64,000 nucleotides of DNA from an uncultured Acidobacteriota bacterium. Lineage in GTDB: Bacteria; Acidobacteriota; Vicinamibacteria; Vicinamibacterales; CAVPJW01. The notes beneath the pieces are model-generated. The model saw nothing but the letters and a program-made list of their open reading frames with translations, was not told the DNA's origin and did not search any database. The DNA is taken from the NCBI GenBank assembly GCA_963705525.1, contig CAVPJW010000007.1, positions 184,355 through 248,354 on the forward strand, in the 5' to 3' direction. This document shows positions 45,301 through 52,579 of this stretch, one piece after another (the first letter of the stretch is position 1; every line of letters starts with the position of its first letter). The translations under genes and the position numbers were made by a program.

Positions 45301-46564
45301 TCGCACCGGCGATGACGATGGCGCTCTTGTCGCCAAACGCTTTGCGCACGATTCGGATCACACCCTCACCCGACACCGCTGAAGGGAGTTCGAGCTTGTG
45401 AGCCTTGACGAGGTCGGCGATGAGCGGGTGATCGGCGCCGATGATGACGAGCGTGGGCTGGGCACCCGGAACACCGATTGCCGAAGGTGGTACCGCCATG
45501 GGCACGGATATGCCCGTCGATTCGACGCCCAGCCGTGCGGCCAGATCGACACTTGCGCTCGACCCCTCCCCGGTTGCAGAGATCAGTGCATCCACGCGAT
45601 CGCCGATCAGGTTGCTGTCCGAATCACCCAACAATCCATCGATGCCGTACAGATTCGACAGATCGAGGGCCTCCTTGGCCGAGGATCCCGGCCTCGGTCC
45701 AAGAGCCCTGCGGGTTTCCGGGGTCGATCCACGAGGGATGTCGATGGTGGCGACTTGATTGCCGGAACGCGCGCGCACGCGAACAGTCGCGATGCCTTCG
45801 TAGGAGATCGTCGCCTCTTCCGCGCCGCCGGCTCGACGCCTTAGTACGGTGAGCGCCATCAAGGCCCTCCGGGCCCTCAGAACGTCCTGCGGTGCAGCCA
45901 GGCGCACCGAGACAGTGAGGCGTTCAATCTGATCGGCGCCGCTCCTTACGGCGAGACCGGACACGACGGCACGGCCACCCGTGATGCCACTTCTCGTGAC
46001 CGCCTCCAGCACCCGCGCCTCGACATCCTTCAGATCTGGCCCCTTCATCGCCCAGGCGTGTGGAAGACGACCAGCCAGGAAATCGCCCGCGGCGAGGAGA
46101 CCCGCTCTGTCCCCCCCTGAAATCAGAACGCCAGGCGTGCCGTTCAGCGAGAAGGCTGTCAGAGATCCCATGCCTGGCTGGTTCTCTGGTGTTTCATCGA
46201 GCACCGCGCCAAGGCTGCTGAAAGCTCGCGCGCCGATGACGAGGGCCGGGACTGAAGCATCGCTGGCGCTTCCCCGGAGCGGCAGATTCATCGCGGAGGT
46301 CTCGAAACCGAGCCGGGCCGCGACGTTCGCGGCCGCCGCGACTTCTCCATCGTCCGGACGCTCAGGCAAGACGATTCGGGCGTTGACGAAGTCGATCACG
46401 TCGTCGCCGTTCCGGTCTTGAAGAATCACGCCGCGATCGAAGACCGCCGCCAGATCCGTCGAAGCAGCCGACGAGGCCTGGCGCGCGGCAGAGGCCGCCG
46501 CGAGCATCGACCATAAGAGCGACGCGACGAAAGGGGTCTTCAGAGCACGACGCCAGGATGCCAT
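42347..46564 (-). CDS. Giant (1405 aa) secreted protein with a C-terminal M14-like zinc carboxypeptidase domain and a long uncharacterised N-terminal region containing a duplicated module
   Basis: Signal peptide: MASWRRALKTPFVASLLWSMLAAASAARQ. M14-like motifs: YSARQHANEVSS (HxxE; His codon at 43262-64), VIHPITNPDG, and FLNPHGYPSHEW (third Zn-ligand candidate). The acidic tail ends KDSDDDDEN. Confidence 0.75.
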   Translation of the reverse strand: MASWRRALKTPFVASLLWSMLAAASAARQASSAASTDLAAVFDRGVILQDRNGDDVIDFVNARIVLPERPDDGEVAAAANVAARLGFETSAMNLPLRGSASDASVPALVIGARAFSSLGAVLDETPENQPGMGSLTAFSLNGTPGVLISGGDRAGLLAAGDFLAGRLPHAWAMKGPDLKDVEARVLEAVTRSGITGGRAVVSGLAVRSGADQIERLTVSVRLAAPQDVLRARRALMALTVLRRRAGGAEEATISYEGIATVRVRARSGNQVATIDIPRGSTPETRRALGPRPGSSAKEALDLSNLYGIDGLLGDSDSNLIGDRVDALISATGEGSSASVDLAARLGVESTGISVPMAVPPSAIGVPGAQPTLVIIGADHPLIADLVKAHKLELPSAVSGEGVIRIVRKAFGDKSAIVIAGANRAGLERGVSQVAERFPHIWERGKDRRTIGDVADELRRTLGARTPAGQAATAIYKFDQLASELRGKELETADVRFYVKDADPGLRDFLRREVEKSIRAPKIVVSLQDLDVRKGRAIIEEELDIPSEVDDFWTLVRSRVLPAVKKGKAVQLEARLSEPPEVRARLESEVRAAFVRAGANERDLSVTILSAYKQGYSWLNDVVRPALSGTPVDRITIKCAEIGPPPEWRFQGTYAPTRWLLEIYPIDEILARDLGLGVKQVQLEMAAKGSSAYDVTATSAAGAVLFHGTFDPKFVIRPFFDRFPDYEKVRVTTGWITGRVASATVVDQRIVTDVERFWDHFQGQTLPALYDHVMAVAEGKPRADEAPFFGELKVDLTLSEPDYRIGIDEEQISSLEAVHEELYFNTLHFFDVFGRFVRGPALAYPGRVIPIMHPKADGKRGHARITVTAFDVARPSVTIDYRAAGQSEARLRRDVQKIAVDRPMALGAVVNAARSGLDRLELRVKVDTEKDERGELIKRTTEREVDREMLSAAQVRDVLSILGRLRAAGLYRDAMAFPGLRALRVVAAWEHDSNPAAELICDLEPNGMPADAPDIRKLLPSGYGYQGERLVQWATPIPPGEAAEILARMSTFPEAHVYRVGRSYLDQDIWAMDLMPPVSATHWSQFKATTLKPTIVYSARQHANEVSSTSHVLRLGELLLTDPAFKEKLRKVNVVIHPITNPDGAQLAYDLFKVTPDFMLHAGYLGSLGVDVTAAQWDPDPLYPESRVRPDIWRAWLPDIFLNPHGYPSHEWVQLFSEYAAWVRNRVVETRDYWSMRGWWMPYFSYLDDPKYPRHKREQFKIRQLITDRINASPEATSLNARAYDRYRRYTFQWDQRNFKLDFTNGVLMYSAIKGDRADPKAADFMTRQPNITIWDGSTEAPDETARGDWLAKVAAIGLTWDTAVLDYLVEGRHKIDRKTDEFFGGVTMSLSRARPPKDSDDDDEN

Positions 46565-46691
46565 GAACGACTCCAGTGCACGCGAGAGTCGCTATTCTAG
46601 CCGTCCCACGCACGTGTCAGCGTTGGGGGCTCCTGCCGCAGGGTCGGTCGGGGAAATCGCGTGAAGGGAAGATCAGTGAAATGCGTGGCTC

Positions 46692-46725
46692 AAAAAACGA
46701 AAGGGGCATCAGGATTGATGCCCCT
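46692..46725 (-). terminator. Rho-independent terminator (minus strand)
   Basis: On the minus strand the sequence reads AGGGGCATCaatcctGATGCCCCT followed by TTCGTTTTTT. This is a 9-bp GC-rich stem plus a U tract. It lies about 200 nt downstream of the DGQHR gene stop. Confidence 0.75.
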
Positions 46726-46925
46726 CCCGCATATTGCCGACCTGGCTCCCCAGCAATCACGGCGTCCTGCCGTAAACAGGCCGGCGACCGTCGGCTTACG
46801 AGGCAAGCGGCATGCCGCCGTTTAACCGTTATTTTTTGAGGGTTGCGGCGACGTCTGGTGACGGAAATGAAGGGGCAATTACAAATATCGTCGCAAGCGG
46901 AGCGGGCGACCGCCGAATGATGACG

Positions 46926-48062
46926 TCAGACGGTCGCGCCTTCGGGATACTGGAGCGCCAATTTGAGCTCTTTGGCCAGCGAATCGACGGTGGTGCCGCC
47001 CCTCTTCCAGGCGCCTTCGGTCTCAAAACGGAGGTCTCCAATTCGGCGCCCCCACGGCGAGATCACCCGCCCGATCGCCCGGAAGTCCGCCCGGTCTGCG
47101 TGTTCCTGGTCGAGGCGCCTGACGACCTCCGGCGAGACACGAATGAACGCTCGCAGCGCCGTCGCGCTCTTGATGCTGTATTTTCGGCCGTTCCACGCGG
47201 CGTTGAAAACGAGCGCCAGCTGCTTGAAGTAATTGACGAAAAACTGCCGGGCGTCCGCGTGAAAGTCTTCGGTTTTCTTCGCGCCCCCGAAGGCCTCGCT
47301 TGCAAAGAGTTTCTTGAGCTCTTGTGCAATGGGCGCCTGCGCGACTCGCCCCCGACCCACACCGAGGAGCTTGATCTCCCCGTGGAGCGGCGAATCGGAT
47401 CGGTCATTCAGCGCCCGGACGATGTCGTGCGCGACGGCCAGATTGTCGTCGCGATAGAGCTGGCGACCCGAAAGCGTGACGAGATGCGACGCGTTCAGCC
47501 GCGTATGCTTCGCGTTGATCGTGACGAACATCTGCACGATGTGGTCCTCGGGCAGACGGTCGAAGATGATCGCCGGGACGCTGAACTCTTCGTTGCCGAA
47601 GCGCTCGATGTCGGCATGCAACGCGAGGAGCCGATGCTGACCGTCAATCGCGCGAAGAATGCCCTCGCGCTCGGGCACTTTCAGCGTGCCGACTGAAGCG
47701 TTGTTGTCCGCCGGTTCGAACTTGAGAGGTTCGTCACACGAGATGATGACCGCGCCTGGAATGGACGGCAGATCGCGGGCCTGGCGGCATTGCTCGTAGT
47801 ACTGGACGAGCTCGTCGATCTTGCGTCGGATGATCTGGCGCTGGTACGCCTTCTCACTGGATGCGATTCGGCGTTCGAGGAGGTCCCAGTTGATCTTCGG
47901 ATTGACGACCCGGCGCTTGCCACCGCGAACCGGGGGCTGTGCCTGCTCTCCGTAGCTCAAGACTTCGAATCGAACGAGCTTATCGATATCTCCGGCCGTC
48001 AGAGAGGCCTGATAGAATTGCACCCCGAATTGCTGCATCCGAATAGCCGCGACGTTGATCAT
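46926..48062 (-). CDS. DGQHR-domain protein (DndB-like, ParB/Srx-fold superfamily)
   Basis: The literal motif is RAIDGQHRLLAL. The N-terminus MINVAAIRMQQFGVQFYQASLTAGDIDKLV and the later VPAIIFDRLPEDHIVQMFVTINAKHTRLNASHL match the DGQHR/DndB family layout as I remember it. Confidence 0.75.
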   Translation of the reverse strand: MINVAAIRMQQFGVQFYQASLTAGDIDKLVRFEVLSYGEQAQPPVRGGKRRVVNPKINWDLLERRIASSEKAYQRQIIRRKIDELVQYYEQCRQARDLPSIPGAVIISCDEPLKFEPADNNASVGTLKVPEREGILRAIDGQHRLLALHADIERFGNEEFSVPAIIFDRLPEDHIVQMFVTINAKHTRLNASHLVTLSGRQLYRDDNLAVAHDIVRALNDRSDSPLHGEIKLLGVGRGRVAQAPIAQELKKLFASEAFGGAKKTEDFHADARQFFVNYFKQLALVFNAAWNGRKYSIKSATALRAFIRVSPEVVRRLDQEHADRADFRAIGRVISPWGRRIGDLRFETEGAWKRGGTTVDSLAKELKLALQYPEGATV

Positions 48063-48289
48063 CGGCGTCCAGTCCCTGGGAATACCCGCCGGACGGGGAG
48101 TCTCCGATCGGCGGTCGAAACGATGAGTCGCTCGTCTCCCGACTCTCCCGCAGCGGGTACAAGACGCGAATTTTACCGGCCCGTGCGCCCGAATCTCAAC
48201 GGTTTTTTGGCGTCATCGGCCCTCGCGCCCGCCAAGCCAGCGGAGCCGACAATCCTCACATCCGTTTCATTACAAAAGAGTTATCTGAC

Positions 48290-51070
48290 ATGATGATATC
48301 TGGAGCCCTTCGCAAAATCGTCCTGGCGTTCGTTCTCGCGGTCATCCTGGTCGTTCACCTGCCAGCTCAGCAGTCGGCATCGGGCCAGATGGACCCCGAG
48401 TTTGCGCGTCTGGTGAAGGAATGGACGACGAAACCTGAGTTTCTCAGTCCGCTTGTCGATCACTTGCCCAAGGTTGACGACGTACCGTCGCCCAAGGACG
48501 TGCTGGGCCATTACATCGGTGCGCCCAAGACGCTGACCTACTACGCCGATCTCTTGAAGTACTACCGCGCGCTCGCCGACGCCTCCGGGCGCGTGAAGGT
48601 TGTCTCGATCGGCCAGACCGACGAAGGCCGGGAATGTGTCGTCGTATTCGTCGGCTCCGAGGAATCGATTGCGAACCTCGATCGCAACCGCGAGAACCTC
48701 GCCAAGCTCGCGGACCCGCGAGGACTCTCCGAGACGCAGGTCCAGGACATCCTCGCGACGGCCAAGCCCCTCTATCACCTCATGGGTGGCCTCCACAGCA
48801 GCGAGAGTGGTCCGCCCGAAATGCTGATGGAACTGGCCTACCGTCTGGTGACCGAGGATTCGCCGATCATCCGGCAGATCCGCGACAACGTGATCGTCAG
48901 CATCACTCCGGCCGCCGAACCCGACGGGCGCGACCGGTTCGTCGACTGGTACTACCGGTACAACCTGGATCAGACCGACGAAGATCGCATGGTGGACGGC
49001 CCTCCCTACTGGGGCAAGTACGTTTTTCACGACAACAATCGCGACATCAACTACTCGCAGGTGACCATGCGGAACCTGCTGGGATGGTATCTCCAGTGGC
49101 ACCCGCCCATCATGCACGAGCTGCACGAGTCGGTGCCGTTCCTCTACACCTTCAGCGGCCAGGCGCCGCAGAATCCGACGCTCGACCCGATTCTCTACGG
49201 GGAACTTCCCTGGTTCTCGAACTTCGAGATGTCGCAGTTGACGAAGTACGGCATGCCTGGCGTGTGGACGCACGCGTTCGTGGACATGTGGTCCCCGGGC
49301 TACCTCGGCTTCATGGCGTCCAATCACAACGGCATGCTCCGCATGTACGAGACCTTCGGCAATGGCGGCGCGACCACGATGAAACGGAAGATCGAACGCG
49401 ACGACGACGGTCCGCGCCGCGTCAGCCCGACGACGCGGGAGTGGTATCGCCCGATGCCTCCGTACAAGGAAGTCGAGTGGTCGATGCGGAACAATACGAA
49501 CTACATGGAGACCGGCGTGCTGTCGGCGCTGCAGCTGACCTCCGCGTTTCCCCGCGTGATTCTCGAGAACTTCTATCTCAAGAGCCGCAACTCGATCGAA
49601 GCAGGCAAGAACGACGCGCCGTTCGGCTTCATCGTGCCGGGGGGCCAACCGGACATGACGCGCGTCGCGAACATGATCCGGATTCTGCGCACGCAGGGGA
49701 TAGAGGTCGGTCAGGCGACCGGCGAGATCAAGCTGAAGGAAGGGACGTTCCCGGCTGGGTCGTACGTCATCAAGCGAAATCAACCGTACGGACGCCTGGC
49801 GAAGATCCTCCTCGAAAAACAGTCGTTCCCCGATCCGGGTCTTCGCACGTACGACGACACGGGATGGACGATGGGGCTGATGAGCCACGCCGAGGTCCGC
49901 GAAATCGCTGACAAAGCGGTGCTCGATCTGCCCGTCACGCCGGTCACGGAAATCATGGTGGCCGGGAGCGTTTCCGGCGGCCGTCCAGGCACGGGTGCGT
50001 ATTACGCCGTGGCGAACCGCGGCTCGAACAATCTCGTGACGCTCCGTTACCGATTGCGAGACCTGTCGGTCCGCGCTCTGGAGCGCTCCTTCAAGTCGGG
50101 CGATACCGAGCTCGCGGCAGGCTCCTTGCTCATCGCGGCGGATCAGGGCGGCGGAGACGTTCGCGATCGAATCCGGGGCGCAATCGAGGACCTGGGCCAG
50201 AAGGCAGTCGTGCTGTCATCGGCGCCCGGCGTGCCGATGCACGACGTCGATCTTCCGCGACTGGCAGTGTATTCAACGTGGGGCGATACGCAGAATGTGG
50301 GCTGGGTCCGGTACGCCCTGGACCATTTCGAGGTCCCGTACGATCTGATCTACAAGGATCGGGTCAAGCGCGGGTCCCTTCGCGATGCGTACGATGTGAT
50401 CGTCATCCCGGACCAGGGGGGCAGCGGCAAGCAGCTCGTGTTTGACATCGAACCTCAGGGCAAGCCAATCGCGTACACCAGGACGGATCGATTCGAGCGG
50501 CTCGGCATGTACGGCGAATCAGAGGACATCACCGGGGGCATGGGACTCGAGGGAGCCGGCGAATTGCAGCGATTCGCCGCTGCGGGTGGTGTCCTGGCCA
50601 CGCTCGGAGCGGCGAGTTACTTCCCGCCCGAATTCGGGTTGACGCTCCGCATTGAAGCCAACCGCCCCTCGCGCGATTTCTATGCGCCCGGACCAATCGT
50701 CGAAGCCGACATTCTTCAGCCCGCTCATCCGCTTTTCTACGGGTACTCCAAAAAGACAATTCCGGTGCGCTACGCGGGCGGACCGCTGCTGCGGGTGCCG
50801 GATCGTGACAAGGCCGAACAAGTGCTGATGCAGTTCCCCGGTACCGACGCGTCGGTGCTGAGCGGTTTGATGAAAGGCGTCGGCGAGATTCGCAATCGAC
50901 CGGCGATTGTGGACGTGCCGACGGGCCAGGGACGCGTGATCCTTTTCGCCACGAATCCCGCGTACCGGTGGCAGAACTTCGGCGAGCTGAACATGCTCTT
51001 CAACCTCGTGATGCACTACAACGACATCGCACGAGATCGGCAGACTGCCGCGACGGCAGCCAAACCCTAG
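48290..51070 (+). CDS. Large (926 aa) secreted M14-family metallopeptidase-like protein
   Basis: Signal peptide: MMISGALRKIVLAFVLAVILVVHLPAQQ. M14-like motifs: LMGGLHSSESGPPE (HxxE), SITPAAEPDGRD, and WHPPIMHELHES. Confidence 0.75.
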   Translation: MMISGALRKIVLAFVLAVILVVHLPAQQSASGQMDPEFARLVKEWTTKPEFLSPLVDHLPKVDDVPSPKDVLGHYIGAPKTLTYYADLLKYYRALADASGRVKVVSIGQTDEGRECVVVFVGSEESIANLDRNRENLAKLADPRGLSETQVQDILATAKPLYHLMGGLHSSESGPPEMLMELAYRLVTEDSPIIRQIRDNVIVSITPAAEPDGRDRFVDWYYRYNLDQTDEDRMVDGPPYWGKYVFHDNNRDINYSQVTMRNLLGWYLQWHPPIMHELHESVPFLYTFSGQAPQNPTLDPILYGELPWFSNFEMSQLTKYGMPGVWTHAFVDMWSPGYLGFMASNHNGMLRMYETFGNGGATTMKRKIERDDDGPRRVSPTTREWYRPMPPYKEVEWSMRNNTNYMETGVLSALQLTSAFPRVILENFYLKSRNSIEAGKNDAPFGFIVPGGQPDMTRVANMIRILRTQGIEVGQATGEIKLKEGTFPAGSYVIKRNQPYGRLAKILLEKQSFPDPGLRTYDDTGWTMGLMSHAEVREIADKAVLDLPVTPVTEIMVAGSVSGGRPGTGAYYAVANRGSNNLVTLRYRLRDLSVRALERSFKSGDTELAAGSLLIAADQGGGDVRDRIRGAIEDLGQKAVVLSSAPGVPMHDVDLPRLAVYSTWGDTQNVGWVRYALDHFEVPYDLIYKDRVKRGSLRDAYDVIVIPDQGGSGKQLVFDIEPQGKPIAYTRTDRFERLGMYGESEDITGGMGLEGAGELQRFAAAGGVLATLGAASYFPPEFGLTLRIEANRPSRDFYAPGPIVEADILQPAHPLFYGYSKKTIPVRYAGGPLLRVPDRDKAEQVLMQFPGTDASVLSGLMKGVGEIRNRPAIVDVPTGQGRVILFATNPAYRWQNFGELNMLFNLVMHYNDIARDRQTAATAAKP

Positions 51071-51167
51071 CCCCTAGCGTTGCAGGGCACGCCGGGGGCA
51101 GTTTTGCGTTAGGATGGCCCCCGCGGCAATTCTCGAATCCCGGGTTTCCCTTGAAAGGAGCAGGCCC

Positions 51168-52466
51168 ATGGCCAGAGGTCGCAACGATTCGCACGTGATG
51201 AGCCGACGAAACTTCGCGCGGCTGCTGGCCGTTGGAGGCTCGGCGGCGGTCATCCCCGCTCCTGCGCTGGCATGGCGCAACCGGGCGCCGCTTCCGCCGA
51301 CTCCGGCGGAGATCGGCGAGGCGTTCTGGGACAGCGTGCGCGAACAGTTCGTGCTCTCGCCCGATCTCGCCATCATGAACGCAGCAAACCTCTGTCCATC
51401 GTCCGCACCGGTGCTCGATTCGCTGTATGCGAACACCAAGGACATGGATCACGATCCATCCTTCAACAATCGCGAGAAGATGAGCGAAGGGAAGGAAACG
51501 ACGAGGAAGATCCTCGCCGACTTCCTGCGCGTCACGCCGGACGAGATCGTCATCACGCGAAACACGAGCGAAGGCAGCAATATCGTCTCGAGCGGTCTTG
51601 AGCTCAAGGCCGGCGACGAGGTCGTAATCTTCGAGGACAACCACCCGAGCAACAACGAGGCCTGGCAGGAAAAATCGAAGCGGTTCGGCTTCACCGTCAC
51701 CGTGATTCCGCAAGTCAATCCGTATCCAGGGCCGGAACACTACATCGACGCCTTCACGAAGGCGATCGGCTCGCGAACCAGAGTCATCGCGTTCACACAC
51801 CTGACGAGCACCGTCGGCGATCCGTTTCCCGCGAAGGAGCTGTGCCGGCTCGCCAGGGAACGCGGGGTTCTTTCGCACCTGGACGGCGCCCAGACGTTTG
51901 GCCTGCTCGACGTTGACCTGAGCGACATTCGGCCGGACTTCTACTCGGGAAGCGCGCACAAGTGGCCGTGCGGACCCAAGGAGACCGGCGTCCTCTTCGT
52001 CAACAAGGACGTTCAATCGAAGCTGTCGGCCAGCGTGATCAGCGCGTATAAGGGCCACAGCGGCATCGCCAAGACCGTCGAGGGGCTCGGACAGCGCGAC
52101 GAACCCGCGATTATCGCGTTCGGCGAGTCCCTGAACTTCCAGACAAAGATCGGCCGGAAGGTCATCGAGAATCGCTCGCGCGAGCTCACGCAGGCGCTGA
52201 TCCAGGGGTTGCAGAAGATCGACGGCATCAAGCTCTGGACGAATCCCGCGCTCGATCGCTCCGTGGCCATCGTCTCGTTCCAGCCGGGGAACCTGGATGT
52301 TCCCAAGCTGTCGAAGGCGCTCTATTCGAACGACCGCATTGCGTGCGCGCCGCGGGGCGGCGCGGACCGAGGCGGGCTGCGATTCTCGCCGCATTTCTAC
52401 AACTCGCATCGCGAGGTCGAGCGAGTCCTGGCGGCGATGAAGAAGTACATGGCATCGGGAGTGTAG
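51168..52466 (+). CDS. Class-V aminotransferase-fold PLP enzyme with a twin-arginine (Tat) signal peptide
   Basis: The ATG at 51168 follows an AAGGAG SD. Tat motif: MSRRNFARLLAVGGSAAVIPAPALA (SRRxFxK-like). PLP lysine motif: YSGSAHKW. Class V pattern: NTSEGSNIV. Confidence 0.8.
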   Translation: MARGRNDSHVMSRRNFARLLAVGGSAAVIPAPALAWRNRAPLPPTPAEIGEAFWDSVREQFVLSPDLAIMNAANLCPSSAPVLDSLYANTKDMDHDPSFNNREKMSEGKETTRKILADFLRVTPDEIVITRNTSEGSNIVSSGLELKAGDEVVIFEDNHPSNNEAWQEKSKRFGFTVTVIPQVNPYPGPEHYIDAFTKAIGSRTRVIAFTHLTSTVGDPFPAKELCRLARERGVLSHLDGAQTFGLLDVDLSDIRPDFYSGSAHKWPCGPKETGVLFVNKDVQSKLSASVISAYKGHSGIAKTVEGLGQRDEPAIIAFGESLNFQTKIGRKVIENRSRELTQALIQGLQKIDGIKLWTNPALDRSVAIVSFQPGNLDVPKLSKALYSNDRIACAPRGGADRGGLRFSPHFYNSHREVERVLAAMKKYMASGV

Positions 52467-52579
52467 TCGCCGGGCCATCGTGGCTTTTTGCAAGACAATC
52501 GGTTACAACACCGCCAGACTCGATCACCTAAGGTAGGGAGTTCGGAAGGCGGCCTAGAAGCAAGCCTTCCGTTCTCCCG

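Noticed and set aside
46565-48289. Calling the DGQHR region a mobile genetic island.
   Set aside because: There is no integrase or transposase, no flanking direct repeats, and no tRNA target visible. The slightly lower GC is only a visual impression. I keep it as a hypothesis inside the DGQHR finding rather than as a mobile_element feature.
48281-49888. A 535-aa ORF antisense to the 926-aa M14-like gene. Similar long antisense or alternative-frame ORFs occur at 51000..52493, 61247..62533, 39102..40130, 12619..13845, 5723..6697, 22076..23191 and 41542..42573.
   Set aside because: Their translations are dominated by Arg, Pro, Gly, Ala and His with no motifs. They mirror a well-supported gene on the opposite strand or in another frame. 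Long spurious ORFs of this kind are expected in high-GC DNA.
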